DNA of 64,000 nt from a virus (IMGVR_UViG_3300030055_000003), one strand, 5' to 3'; shown: positions 27,931-37,997, counted from the stretch's first letter. Notes: generated from the letters alone by a model not told the origin. Numbers and translations are program-made.

Positions 27931-28276
27931 TTCCATTTGAAAAAAGTAGCATTAACGAGTATTCAAGAGTATAAGCGAGTTTAAAAATATAAAATCCAAA
28001 TTTATGCATATATAACTACATAAATTCAAATAATGCACTCTGAAATGCATAAATGAACATAAAACCAATCTCATAGTCAATCAAATGAGTCCAATAACAA
28101 CCTAGTAAAAAGACTATGAGATTAATTCCTACTAATTAAACAAAATAAAATATAAAAGGTAAAATATTGTAGAAATAAAATCAATGAAAAATATCTACAA
28201 TAATAATATAACCAAAACTAAAATAATCATACATAGTTATAATATTTAAAATCAAAAGAAAGGATGTGCTTTTTAA

Positions 28277-28486
28277 ATGATTGAAACAACTAATAAAGAT
28301 TTAATCCAATTATTAAAAACTCAAATAAGAATTAGAGATGATAAGAATATGCTACTTGAAAAAGATAAAGAAGAACTTTCAATTTCTCTGAATTCATGTA
28401 AACAAAAATATAAGAAAATAATAATAACTATTCTATCATTTACAATTCTTTCACTTATTTTAAACGCATATCTCTTACTATATTAA
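28277..28486 (+). CDS. Small coiled-coil protein with C-terminal TM helix
   Basis: RBS AGAAAGGATG; C-terminal IIITILSFTILSLILNAYLLLY. Confidence 0.6.
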   Translation: MIETTNKDLIQLLKTQIRIRDDKNMLLEKDKEELSISLNSCKQKYKKIIITILSFTILSLILNAYLLLY

Positions 28487-28568
28487 AAATCATAAAATAC
28501 TAAAGAAAAATAATCTTAAGAAAGGATAGTGATTAATCAAAATAAACAAGCGAAAGGAATGATTTACG

Positions 28569-28970
28569 ATGGATTTTGCAGGACTAAGTACTTTAATAAA
28601 TGAACATGGACTAGCAGTTGTATTACTATTATTATGTGTTTGGGGGATTTTTACAACAATATCTCCGTATATTAAAAATAAGTTAAATAAGAGAGTAGAA
28701 AATGATGATAAATTAGAAGATAATATACATAAAGAATATTTTAAAATGACAAAAGAAACAAAAGAAATGAATAAACAATTCATGTCAGAATTAAAGACAA
28801 TAAATATTACTAATCAACAGATTAGTGCAACCAATGAACTTTTGGCAAAAAGTAATAGTAAGCTATTAGAGTCATTAGATAGTAGAATATCTACTCTTGA
28901 AGATACTACTGATGAGATTGGAAAAACAGTTGAAAAGATTAATACTAAAGTTGATATAATGTTAAAATAA
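28569..28970 (+). CDS. Holin-like protein (N-terminal TM + coiled coil; BhlA/XhlA-like)
   Basis: LINEHGLAVVLLLLCVWGIF followed by heptad repeats; last gene of the + strand block. Confidence 0.55.
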   Translation: MDFAGLSTLINEHGLAVVLLLLCVWGIFTTISPYIKNKLNKRVENDDKLEDNIHKEYFKMTKETKEMNKQFMSELKTINITNQQISATNELLAKSNSKLLESLDSRISTLEDTTDEIGKTVEKINTKVDIMLK

Positions 28971-29086
28971 AAAGAAGTTAACTTTTATAAGCAAACTTCC
29001 CTCATAGGATATAAACAACAACCAAATACTAATTTATATCTCTAATTTAAATAATACCACTAAAGTAAATTAAAGTCAATATAAAT

Positions 29087-29122
29087 AAAAAAGAGTAACT
29101 TAAAACCAATAAAAGTTACTCT
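29087..29122 (-). terminator. Rho-independent terminator of the leftward transcripts
   Basis: AGAGTAACTT...AAGTTACTCT followed on the minus strand by TTTTTT. Confidence 0.75.
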
Positions 29123-29195
29123 AAATTCAATAATATATTAACCTGTGAGAAAAATATACTATTGATTAGTTCCAACTAAATTATATAACAAAGGT

Positions 29196-29296
29196 AATAA
29201 TAATTATACAGGTAAATAAATACAATTTATAAGGGGATATATCATATTTATTACACATTCATTTGTGTTTTGTTTTGATATATCCCCTTATTTTTT
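29196..29296 (+). ncRNA. Candidate antisense sRNA (type I antitoxin)
   Basis: Promoter TTGATT(29162)-N16-TATAAC(29184); 16-bp perfect stem ATAAGGGGATATATCA/TGATATATCCCCTTAT (29229-29291) plus T-run; lies in the 3' UTR of the opposite-strand peptide gene. The 5' end is an estimate. Confidence 0.45.
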
Positions 29297-29312
29297 CGCT
29301 TTTACAAAATAT

Positions 29313-29399
29313 TTAATGCTTAACAATATATAGGATAGTTCTTGAAGATTCTATAATAGCCATTATGGTTACTATTGTTAATATATAATATGCGTTCAT
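29313..29399 (-). CDS. 28-aa hydrophobic peptide, candidate type I toxin
   Basis: Strong RBS AAGGAGGAG; MNALYILTIVTIMAIIESSRTILYIVKH; own promoter TTTACC-N17-TATTGT. Confidence 0.55.
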   Translation of the reverse strand: MNAYYILTIVTIMAIIESSRTILYIVKH

Positions 29400-29470
29400 A
29401 TTCATTCTCCTCCTTATTTATACAATATAATTTATTAAATAGTTGGTAAAATTATCCTTTTAATTGGACT

Positions 29471-29692
29471 TTAATTTTCGTCTCCTAATCTACCTAAAGT
29501 TAATCCAGTATCGTTAGTTTCACCACAATGTGAACATATAACATATGGATAACCCATTTCTACTGAAGATGTTGATATTCTAGTTTCATTATATCCATTA
29601 CACTTACCACAAATATATTTTATCTTAGGTGATTTTCCAAATAACATTGATAAACTTACATTCAACATAGACAAATCTTTAACTTTAACCAT
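29471..29692 (-). CDS. Small zinc-finger protein
   Basis: CGKC...CSHC. Confidence 0.65.
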   Translation of the reverse strand: MVKVKDLSMLNVSLSMLFGKSPKIKYICGKCNGYNETRISTSSVEMGYPYVICSHCGETNDTGLTLGRLGDEN

Positions 29693-30291
29693 TATTTATC
29701 CTCCTTATCAATAACTATTTGTAATCTATCACCTATATAATCCTTACGCCATTGTTTATACTTAGGAGTATTGCATCTTCCAACTCCATTATTACAAGGT
29801 GTTATTTCTCTACAAAACCCAGAATAAACACATTCAGGAACACAATTATCATATAAAGGTCTATCTATCGTTTTTAATACTTTTAAAACATCATTCCATA
29901 CATCTTGTGCTTTTATATCTGCCTGTCCACAAATACGCTTTTTGCTTACATTTATAAATGCTTGAGCATTGAGTGTTATATCCATATTAACTAATTCACC
30001 CTGTCTTCTATCATCTCTATTGCCTTCATATTCTATTCTATCTTCTCGTTGTGTGCTTACATATGGAGTGTATCCTATACTATGACGTACAAAGTGAGTA
30101 GCCACCCAACTTCTTATTCCTCTGATTTGAATATTAAACCATTTATCTCTTATTGGACTATGTTCTGATTTATAAATATTTTCCATAAAAGTAACACTAG
30201 GTTCTTTTTCTAGACCTTCTTTCCAAACTGTGACTCTACATCTATTTAATACTTCTTGATTATTTGTTAGTTCTCTCACTGTTATATTCAT
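29692..30291 (-). CDS. thyX: FAD-dependent thymidylate synthase
   Basis: SEHSPIR, WVATHFVRHS...STQREDR (RHRx7SxR-like), PECVYSGFCRE. Confidence 0.85.
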   Translation of the reverse strand: MNITVRELTNNQEVLNRCRVTVWKEGLEKEPSVTFMENIYKSEHSPIRDKWFNIQIRGIRSWVATHFVRHSIGYTPYVSTQREDRIEYEGNRDDRRQGELVNMDITLNAQAFINVSKKRICGQADIKAQDVWNDVLKVLKTIDRPLYDNCVPECVYSGFCREITPCNNGVGRCNTPKYKQWRKDYIGDRLQIVIDKEDK

Positions 30292-30322
30292 ATTTTTAAT
30301 TCTCCATTCTTATATTAATTTA

Positions 30323-30625
30323 TTATACGAATTTCTTATTGTTTTCTACCATTGCATAACCTTTTACAACAATATCAAATTCTTCTTCAGTCCATCCACC
30401 CTCATTGTTGTTATTTGTAGTTTCTTTACTATTTTCATTTGATTTATTATGTAATTCATTTTTGTCATTTCTTAATTGTATAACTTCTTTTTGTAATTCT
30501 AATTTGTCTGCTTTAAGTAATTTATTTTCAAGCTTTAACCTATTAAGTTCTTTATATATCTCCATTAATGTTGGTTGTTCCTCTATTAATTTAAATTCCA
30601 TCTTTTCTTCGCATACATTACTCAT
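30323..30625 (-). CDS. Hypothetical coiled-coil protein
   Basis: ATG at 30625 after RBS GAGGGAGAG. Confidence 0.55.
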   Translation of the reverse strand: MSNVCEEKMEFKLIEEQPTLMEIYKELNRLKLENKLLKADKLELQKEVIQLRNDKNELHNKSNENSKETTNNNNEGGWTEEEFDIVVKGYAMVENNKKFV

Positions 30626-30678
30626 TTTATTCTCTCCCTCATAATTAATTATTTTTATTATTATTATATTAATTTGTC

Positions 30679-30987
30679 TTAGTCCCATAAATCACAATAA
30701 TATTCTGAAAATAAATTCATACCTTCTTCAAATCTTTTGTTTTCTTTATCTAAACTATTAGTGTTCCGATTATCTTTTAAATGGGCATCAAATGACCATA
30801 TCATTTTATCTATTATTTGATGCCATTCTTCCATTCCACTTAATCTACATGGATAACTCATTGTATTAATTTCTTTAAATTTTATTAATCTAGGCAATAT
30901 GAATTTTGACAACGTATAATCCAAACTCCATACTTCACTATTTTGTATTTTTGATACGCCTTTTTTCTTTCTTAATCTTTTATTCAC
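30679..30987 (-). CDS. Conserved phage hypothetical protein
   Basis: WSLDYTLSKFILPRL...EEWHQIIDKMIWSF...GMNLFSEYYCDLWD. Confidence 0.65.
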   Translation of the reverse strand: MNKRLRKKKGVSKIQNSEVWSLDYTLSKFILPRLIKFKEINTMSYPCRLSGMEEWHQIIDKMIWSFDAHLKDNRNTNSLDKENKRFEEGMNLFSEYYCDLWD

Positions 30988-31035
30988 TTATTTCACATCC
31001 TTTTAATATTTAACTTTTATGTTAATTTAATTTAT

Positions 31036-31203
31036 TTATTTTAGTCTAAACCAAGCTTTATAATAATTAATCTTACCCATATCTACTGGAACGTCATTCC
31101 ATGTAACTCCATCATCTAAACTATATTCCAAAGAGTTACAATCGTCATTATGTTGTTTATATACTGTTTGATATCCACCTTTATATATTTTATCTTTTTG
31201 CAT
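31036..31203 (-). CDS. Hypothetical protein (55 aa)
   Basis: Below the track cutoff; RBS AGAGGTGA; MQKDKIYKGGYQ...LEYSLDDGVTWNDV. Confidence 0.55.
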   Translation of the reverse strand: MQKDKIYKGGYQTVYKQHNDDCNSLEYSLDDGVTWNDVPVDMGKINYYKAWFRLK

Positions 31204-31214
31204 TAATATCACCT

Positions 31215-33263
31215 CTAATTACCTTTTATTATTTGTAAGAATTCATCTTCATTTATAATTGTTATATTACTTTTCCCACTTGCATTGTCATCCATAGCTT
31301 TCTTATCTTTGCCACTTTTAGACATATCATGTCCACAAATAAGGTACTGTAAAGATTTTTTGTAGCCCGTTTCCACTATAGCACCTAAACTTTCAAGTAG
31401 CTCTTTTAATTCTGCTTTCTTCATATTAAAACCACCAGTTGCATATAGTGTTTTACCTTGAAATGGTGTTTGTTGAGTTACAATAGTTTCTTTAGGTTTA
31501 TCTTCAATGAATGTCAAATAACTTATTATTTCATTTACTTTGTTAATAATATCTTTATCACCGAAGTATTCAACCATAGATTCTGATATTTTATCTCCAA
31601 CATCTTCAATTTTTAATAATTCATTTTCATTAGTTGATATGATATTATTTAAATTATTATTGAAGTGCAAACAGATATTCTTAGATGCTTTTTTACCTAC
31701 ATTTTCTATTCCAAGTGCGTATAAAAAACTACTTAATTTACATTCTTTACTTTTCTCAACAGCTTTAATTAAATTATCATACTTTTTAAGTCCAAACTTT
31801 GGTAATTTTATTAACTGTTCTTTATATTGTTCTAAGTTATAAATATCTTTAATTGATTTTATAAAGCCTTTATCTATAAATTGTCTTAAAGTTTCCTTAG
31901 AAAACCCTATGATGTTAATAGCTTCTTTTCCAACATAATGAGATAATGCTTGTATTAACCTATCAGGACAACTATCATTAGTGCAGAATAAGAATCTAGT
32001 TGTTTTAGGTTGTCTTATTTCAACTGGACTACCACAACATGTACAAATAGTAGGATATATTATATCTTTAATATCTTCATTATTTAAACTTTCATCAACG
32101 ATTCCTGTTACCTCTGGAATTACGTCATTGCTTCTTCTTATGAAAATTTCTGAGTTTATTTTAATTCTTTTTCTTTCAATATCATCAATATTATTTAAGG
32201 TTGCTTGTTTAACTGTAACTCCCATTAATTCTACTGGCTCTATTTTCGCTTTTGGGTTCAGTCTTCCATATCTAGAAACATTCCATTCTACATCTAAAAG
32301 TTTTGTAGTTGTCTCTTCTGCTTCGTACTTGTAAGCTAGAGAAAAACGTGGAAACTTTTCAGTATATCCCATTAAATTTCTTGTAGCTAAATCATTAATT
32401 GCAATTACGCAACCATCAATATCGTACGGAAGATTTAGTCTTTGTTCTTCTATATTATCTATAGCTTTAATAATATCTTCATATGTATTACAAACAGTAT
32501 AATCTGTTACTGGTAATCCTCTATAAGACATATAATCTAATTGTTGTTGATAAGTTTGAAAATCTTTTTCTATATTATTTAAATTATAAAAATATATCAT
32601 CAATTTTCTTTTAGCAGTTTCTTTAGTATCTAAATTTCTAATTGCACCAGCGACACTATTTCTGCAATTTTTTAATTGGTCTGTATATTTTTTATTGTAT
32701 TCTATAAGAGCTTTCTTTGGCATAATGCATTCTCCATGTGGAGATAAGGAATTTGTTAGTTTGTCATTATCTTTTAATTGTATAGGTAAGTTTATAATGG
32801 ATTTTGATTGTTCTGTAACATTTTCTCCAATTATTCCATCTTTGCCTCTTGTAGAACCTTGTACAAAATTAATATTATCATAATCAGTTTCAACAGTGAG
32901 TCCATCATATTTCTTAGTTAAAATGTATTTTAATTGCGGTAATTTATTAGTATGAGAACTATTATATTCTTTTATGAAATTTTCATTTTTAGTTAACCAA
33001 TATTTTATTTCTTCAAATGAATTTGATTTATCTAATGACCATAGTTTAGTTTTTCTTTCTACTTTTTCAAATCCTTCTAATATTTCACCACCTACTTTTT
33101 GAGTAGGACTGTTTGGTAATATATTTTTCATTTCTTTTTCTAGTTTAATTAATTTATCATATTCATCGTCCCATTCCTTATCACCTACTGATGGATTGTC
33201 TAAGCTGTAATACTCATAATTCCACCTGTTTAGTTTTTCAATAAGTTCTAACATCTCTTCCAT
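31215..33263 (-). CDS. ligA: NAD-dependent DNA ligase
   Basis: KYDG adenylation motif, DIDGCV, AYKY, VKQATLNN, Zn finger CTCCGS..C..C, HhH, C-terminal BRCT. Confidence 0.95.
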   Translation of the reverse strand: MEEMLELIEKLNRWNYEYYSLDNPSVGDKEWDDEYDKLIKLEKEMKNILPNSPTQKVGGEILEGFEKVERKTKLWSLDKSNSFEEIKYWLTKNENFIKEYNSSHTNKLPQLKYILTKKYDGLTVETDYDNINFVQGSTRGKDGIIGENVTEQSKSIINLPIQLKDNDKLTNSLSPHGECIMPKKALIEYNKKYTDQLKNCRNSVAGAIRNLDTKETAKRKLMIYFYNLNNIEKDFQTYQQQLDYMSYRGLPVTDYTVCNTYEDIIKAIDNIEEQRLNLPYDIDGCVIAINDLATRNLMGYTEKFPRFSLAYKYEAEETTTKLLDVEWNVSRYGRLNPKAKIEPVELMGVTVKQATLNNIDDIERKRIKINSEIFIRRSNDVIPEVTGIVDESLNNEDIKDIIYPTICTCCGSPVEIRQPKTTRFLFCTNDSCPDRLIQALSHYVGKEAINIIGFSKETLRQFIDKGFIKSIKDIYNLEQYKEQLIKLPKFGLKKYDNLIKAVEKSKECKLSSFLYALGIENVGKKASKNICLHFNNNLNNIISTNENELLKIEDVGDKISESMVEYFGDKDIINKVNEIISYLTFIEDKPKETIVTQQTPFQGKTLYATGGFNMKKAELKELLESLGAIVETGYKKSLQYLICGHDMSKSGKDKKAMDDNASGKSNITIINEDEFLQIIKGN

Positions 33264-33366
33264 TTTTCTCTATCTCCTTCATTATATTAATTTGTTAATA
33301 ATTGTATTATGTAATATAATCTGTAAGGGCTTGTACTATTTAGAATTTAATTTCCCTTACAAGACT

Positions 33367-33415
33367 ATCTTACTACTTTATGAATATAATGTCAAACTAT
33401 TTATGTTAATTTGTT
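33367..33415 (-). promoter_or_regulatory. sigmaA promoter with upstream AAYAAATTAA(T/C)A box
   Basis: AACAAATTAACA-N8-TTGACA-N17-TAAGAT. Confidence 0.7.
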
Positions 33416-33426
33416 TAAATATTAAT

Positions 33427-34998
33427 TTAACCTAATCTTAAATAGTTATTTGTACCACTAGTGATTCTTAATCCATCATATTCTTGTACTGTTAATCCAA
33501 AATCCTTGACTAATTTCTTTTCTGTCTCGTCCATATCTTCATATTTTTTAGTAGCAAAATCTGGGGGCAACCAATTCTTACCTTTTCCACTCAAAATATT
33601 GAAAATCTCGAGATGTTGTTTATTTTTGTATTTGATATGAATAGTTTGTTTTTGATAACAATCTAAAATGAAATGCTCAGTTTCTATATTCTTATCACAT
33701 CGTTTAATTGCTTCAACTATCTCATTTGTATCAATATTATATTTTGTTCCTTTTATATTGTTGAATATTATGTTCAAATCATTTAATGTATCAGGAACTC
33801 TATAAAGATAATTACCATAGTATCCTATGATTGATTTATTATTTATCTTGTAACAACTGTTAGTTTTCCACCCAGAGAAAAGATAAATATTTTTATTCCA
33901 CATTGTATCAGAATAATAGCTTTTATAAGTTAAATCATCAAATACTCTAGCTACAGTTTCTTCATAGCTTTTTGGTATAGCCTGTATTAATTCTTCATAG
34001 AAATATCTAACATTCTCTATTGTAAAAGCTATATTCTGTTGTTTTTCCATATTACACGAAAAATTATCTCTCAACTTAGTAGGTAGTTTCTTTTTAAATT
34101 CTGTTTCTTCAATAAATTTATTCCAATATTTTAGTGTTAAATGTGCTATAAATCCATTAACAGTTAATTTATCAGCATGAACTTTATCATCACATAATCT
34201 TATTACATTTTCAACACCAAAGCCTGAAAGCAATTTACTAACTCTCATTTGTTCTTTAAATAATTCAATAGAAGCATTTTTAGCAACGTTAAATTCAAAA
34301 ACTAACTTTTCTAATTTATTCATATTCGGTATTAGAGATTGCAGATTATTAATATGAATATTGGGATTTTCCCTTTTAAATTCTCTTTCAAACATAGTTT
34401 CAGTATTGGACATTGGAACATTTATATATACCATTGCAGTTTCTACATCTGTTTCTCTTTCTGATTCACTAAAAGCATTTTGTATGTATTCTATATCGCC
34501 ATCATATTGTTCTATAAGACTTATAAGCTTCTTTCTAGTATTATTATATGGATTTTTAAGAGTCTCTGCATTAAGTAAGCATAATACTCTTCCACCGACT
34601 CTTTCTTGTGTCTCTATAGCTTTTAAACAATGTTTATCTCCTTCAGAATAAGGAGGATTCATTATTATTAAGTCATAGAATTTAGGTGGATCGAATGTAA
34701 GAAAGTTATCCCATACAACATTATATTTCTGTCCTCTTAATAAATTATTTAAATTTTCATCAAATTCAATAACATCAAATTTTAAATAATCCTTTGCTTT
34801 CTTTCCATAGGAAATCATTCTTCTACAATTAGTTTCGTAGTATTCTTCATATGCCTGTACTATATCTCCTTTTCCGCATGAAGGCTCTAGAATATGTTGG
34901 ATTGAAGCAAGACTTAGTTGTTCTTCTTTAAGTTTATCTAACATTTTATATATTAATTTTTTTGGTGTTGGGTAAAAATCTTTATTTTCTGTAAACAT
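33427..34998 (-). CDS. SAM-dependent N6-adenine DNA methyltransferase with DUF4942-like C-terminus
   Basis: FYPTP, ILEPSCGKGDI (motif I), IIMNPPYS (motif IV). Confidence 0.85.
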   Translation of the reverse strand: MFTENKDFYPTPKKLIYKMLDKLKEEQLSLASIQHILEPSCGKGDIVQAYEEYYETNCRRMISYGKKAKDYLKFDVIEFDENLNNLLRGQKYNVVWDNFLTFDPPKFYDLIIMNPPYSEGDKHCLKAIETQERVGGRVLCLLNAETLKNPYNNTRKKLISLIEQYDGDIEYIQNAFSESERETDVETAMVYINVPMSNTETMFEREFKRENPNIHINNLQSLIPNMNKLEKLVFEFNVAKNASIELFKEQMRVSKLLSGFGVENVIRLCDDKVHADKLTVNGFIAHLTLKYWNKFIEETEFKKKLPTKLRDNFSCNMEKQQNIAFTIENVRYFYEELIQAIPKSYEETVARVFDDLTYKSYYSDTMWNKNIYLFSGWKTNSCYKINNKSIIGYYGNYLYRVPDTLNDLNIIFNNIKGTKYNIDTNEIVEAIKRCDKNIETEHFILDCYQKQTIHIKYKNKQHLEIFNILSGKGKNWLPPDFATKKYEDMDETEKKLVKDFGLTVQEYDGLRITSGTNNYLRLG

Positions 34999-35149
34999 CT
35001 TTTAAAATCTCCTTTTTATTATATTATATTAATTTATTAACCTCTTATTTATAATAGCATCTTTGGAATAATAATGCAATATGTTTATATTAATTTATTA
35101 ACTTGTTATAAAAGAAAAGACAGAACTTTTACATTCTGCCTAACTCAAT

Positions 35150-35374
35150 CTATTTTATCTCTTTATTATCGTGCTTATATATCTCAGCCATAAATCGGTT
35201 ATTTAATAATGCTAAAATAGTTCCTAATACGACTATTACACATGATATTGAAATGGTATCACATCCAATAAATAGTTTAAATAGTGTTGCAATAGTTAAT
35301 ACTGACCCGACTATATTAATAAATGCACTTAGCATACAACCTAGTGTTTTTAAAATACGTTTTAATACTTTCAT
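35150..35374 (-). CDS. Small membrane protein
   Basis: Two hydrophobic segments; RBS AGGAGAG. Confidence 0.6.
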   Translation of the reverse strand: MKVLKRILKTLGCMLSAFINIVGSVLTIATLFKLFIGCDTISISCVIVVLGTILALLNNRFMAEIYKHDNKEIK

Positions 35375-35490
35375 TATTTACTCTCCTTTTCTATTTCTTT
35401 TTTTAATTTATTTACAACCTTTTAAAAGTATGATTTTAACTGAATTTACCAACTTGGGAGGCTAGTAATAGCCCCATTTATAAATCCAAA

Positions 35491-35982
35491 TTATTCTAAA
35501 TCTACTTTATTTTCTGTAGTTATTGAACCTTTTGCGATATGTATGTTATATTTTTTATTAGCATCAGTCTTTTCTCCTAATAACCATTTAATAGTTCCAT
35601 TTGTATAGTATTCTGTGTATTCTTCTATTAAAGAATTACCATCCTCAGTTATTATAGTATCTGATTGTCGTGTTTCTATATATTTAGATTTATTATCTTC
35701 TGTATAAACTTTAAATTTATTATTGTCATTTTCGATTATCAAACTGTAATTATCTTTGTTATATATTTCATTCTCATATGTTTTAATATAGGTTTTATTT
35801 GAGAAAGCACCCATTATGGTTGTTAATATTACTAAGATAATAAATGTTACAATTGATAGAAAAATTCCAGCAACAAATAATTCTTTTATTGTTCCAAATT
35901 CAAAATTGTCTTCTTTAATAAAAAGGAATAAACCACCTCCAAATGTTAATAATCCAATTATCCAAACTAAATGCCAAATCAT
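35491..35982 (-). CDS. Membrane protein (2 N-terminal TM)
   Basis: Hydrophobic N-terminus, soluble C-terminal domain. Confidence 0.65.
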   Translation of the reverse strand: MIWHLVWIIGLLTFGGGLFLFIKEDNFEFGTIKELFVAGIFLSIVTFIILVILTTIMGAFSNKTYIKTYENEIYNKDNYSLIIENDNNKFKVYTEDNKSKYIETRQSDTIITEDGNSLIEEYTEYYTNGTIKWLLGEKTDANKKYNIHIAKGSITTENKVDLE

Positions 35983-35984
35983 AA

Positions 35985-36743
35985 TTATATCCCCCTATTA
36001 CTAGAACCATATGCACCAGTTCCTCTATCTGTTGTGTCAGTAAATTCATCTACTTCCTTCCAACTAATTTTAGGAACAAATCTTAATACTCCTTGACATA
36101 TTGCCTTACCTTTTTTGATTTCAATAGGTGTGTCTCCTATATTGTCACATATAACTCCTATATCACCTCTAAATCCTTCATCAATTGTAGATGGAGCATT
36201 AGCTATTCTTAGTTTAGTCTTTAATGAGTTCCCACTCTTAGGTCTAAGTTGTAATTCATAACATCTAGGTAATGCTATAGCTATTCCTGTTGGGATTGCA
36301 ACTGTTTCATGTGGTTGAATAATAACATCTTCCATTGCAAATATATCCATTCCACTATCTGTATCATGTGCGTATGTGGGAATAATAGCATCTTTATGTA
36401 ATTTCATAATCCTAACATCTACTATTTCTTCACCTCTATAAGTCCCATTCTTTACTATTCTTGATTCTACCATTGTTATATCTATTGTTGATTCTACCAT
36501 TGTTATATCTATTGTTGATTTACCATTAGTATTTCTAATCACATCATCTTTCTTCATGCTATTATTTATTAATTGTTGTAGGACTTCTTCTATTTCTTGT
36601 AAAGTTAATGTATCTAAGACCTCATAACTACTTCCTCCTTGCCCATATACTTCTATTATTTCAATTTCATTAGCTAATTCACTTATTGCATCCTCTTTTG
36701 TATATCCTTCAAATAGGTCTAAAACTTTTTCATAATTTGTCAT
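35985..36743 (-). CDS. dut: Trimeric dUTPase with ~110-aa N-terminal extension
   Basis: DSGMDI, RPKSG, TIDEGFRGDI, ICQG, RGTGAYGSS; ATG at 36743 after GAAGGAGAG. Confidence 0.9.
   Translation of the reverse strand: MTNYEKVLDLFEGYTKEDAISELANEIEIIEVYGQGGSSYEVLDTLTLQEIEEVLQQLINNSMKKDDVIRNTNGKSTIDITMVESTIDITMVESRIVKNGTYRGEEIVDVRIMKLHKDAIIPTYAHDTDSGMDIFAMEDVIIQPHETVAIPTGIAIALPRCYELQLRPKSGNSLKTKLRIANAPSTIDEGFRGDIGVICDNIGDTPIEIKKGKAICQGVLRFVPKISWKEVDEFTDTTDRGTGAYGSSNRGI
36465..36518. repeat. Perfect 27-bp tandem duplication in dut (STIDITMVE x2)
   Basis: TTCTACCATTGTTATATCTATTGTTGA at 36465 and 36492. Confidence 0.95.
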
Positions 36744-36826
36744 TATAAATCTCTCCTTCAATCTTTTATATTTTGTTAATTTATATATCCGTCTACATAA
36801 CTGCATTTGTGAATAACTGTAGATAC

Positions 36827-37078
36827 TTAGTTGTCTTTTGCTAAATCATTCCAATCATCATATGTATAAATCTTATCAAGTTCTTTTTGAATATCAACTA
36901 TTGTTTCTTCTATATTTCCTACAAGTTTATTTTCTTCTTCGGTATATTCATTTGACATTGATTCAGCATTAGCTAATATATCATTAGTGATTTTAGATAC
37001 ATTTTTTTCTAGTATCTCTTTTATCTTATCCATACTTTCTTTTAATCTTGTTAATTCTTCTAGCATAAATGAATTCAT
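36827..37078 (-). CDS. Hypothetical coiled-coil protein
   Basis: ORF with RBS; acidic, helical. Confidence 0.6.
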   Translation of the reverse strand: MNSFMLEELTRLKESMDKIKEILEKNVSKITNDILANAESMSNEYTEEENKLVGNIEETIVDIQKELDKIYTYDDWNDLAKDN

Positions 37079-37105
37079 TATTAGTTTTCACATCCTTAAT
37101 AATTA

Positions 37106-37675
37106 TTACGAATTTGTATATTTTCTCATATCGTAATGAGAACCTCTTTTTATTATGATTGGTTCTAATCCTAAGTGTCTCCATCTTATAGCAGTAGCAA
37201 TGCTTGAAACTACAGTTGGAGATATATCGTACATCTTAGCGACATCTTTATAAAGTATAGTACCTGATTTACATAAAGTATGTATTTCTTTAACTTTTTC
37301 GTCTGTTAATTTATTCATATAATTATTTGTACCACTTCTTTGTTGTAATTTTAATACTTCATGCTCTTGATTCTCTTTTTTAGTAACCCATTCTAAATTA
37401 CTATCATAATTGTGATACTTAATTCCATCAATATGATTAACTTCTTGTCCATCTTTTGGTTTACCTATGAACAAATAAGCGACTGCCCTATGTACACTTC
37501 CAGCATGAAATCCATCATTAAATGTTATACTGCATTGTAAATAGCCATCTTTATTAGGTTTACAATTTAATAATTTACCTTTCTTCCCTATAATCCTTCC
37601 CATATTTGATACTTCATAGCCATTGTTTATTATCCATACTTCGTTTTCTAAATCTTCTATATATTCTTTTCTCAT
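37106..37675 (-). CDS. Free-standing HNH homing endonuclease (NUMOD4-like + HNH_3 + HTH)
   Basis: YEVSNMGRI...VHRAVAYLF...VNHIDGIKYHNYDSNLEWVT. Confidence 0.9.
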   Translation of the reverse strand: MRKEYIEDLENEVWIINNGYEVSNMGRIIGKKGKLLNCKPNKDGYLQCSITFNDGFHAGSVHRAVAYLFIGKPKDGQEVNHIDGIKYHNYDSNLEWVTKKENQEHEVLKLQQRSGTNNYMNKLTDEKVKEIHTLCKSGTILYKDVAKMYDISPTVVSSIATAIRWRHLGLEPIIIKRGSHYDMRKYTNS

Positions 37676-37731
37676 TTAATTTATTTAACTCTCCTTTCTA
37701 AAAAGTCCATAACATGTAGTTTTTAACAGGT

Positions 37732-37938
37732 TTATTTTGCTTCATATATTGATATATGTGTGGGTTTATAATCATTTTCATCAACTTTATAAACCATATC
37801 GTTCCATTCAAAATATGGATATCCTGTTTGCTTTACTAATTCAAAGAAAATATTTATGTTCCCTATAAATATGTATTTGGATAATAATATTTCTTCCTTT
37901 TTAATATTTGTTTGTTGTTTTATATTCATTTTAATCAT
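37732..37938 (-). CDS. Hypothetical protein
   Basis: ORF with RBS in the early operon. Confidence 0.55.
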   Translation of the reverse strand: MIKMNIKQQTNIKKEEILLSKYIFIGNINIFFELVKQTGYPYFEWNDMVYKVDENDYKPTHISIYEAK

Positions 37939-37997
37939 CCTCGCTTTGTTTATATTAATTTATTAACTACCCTTAAAATATCTGCTTTATTGTGACT

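Noticed and set aside
28277-28970. Complete lysis cassette
   Set aside because: Only holin-like membrane genes are present; no amidase or glycosidase endolysin was recognised. The 3D protein lies in the early region and has a signal peptide.
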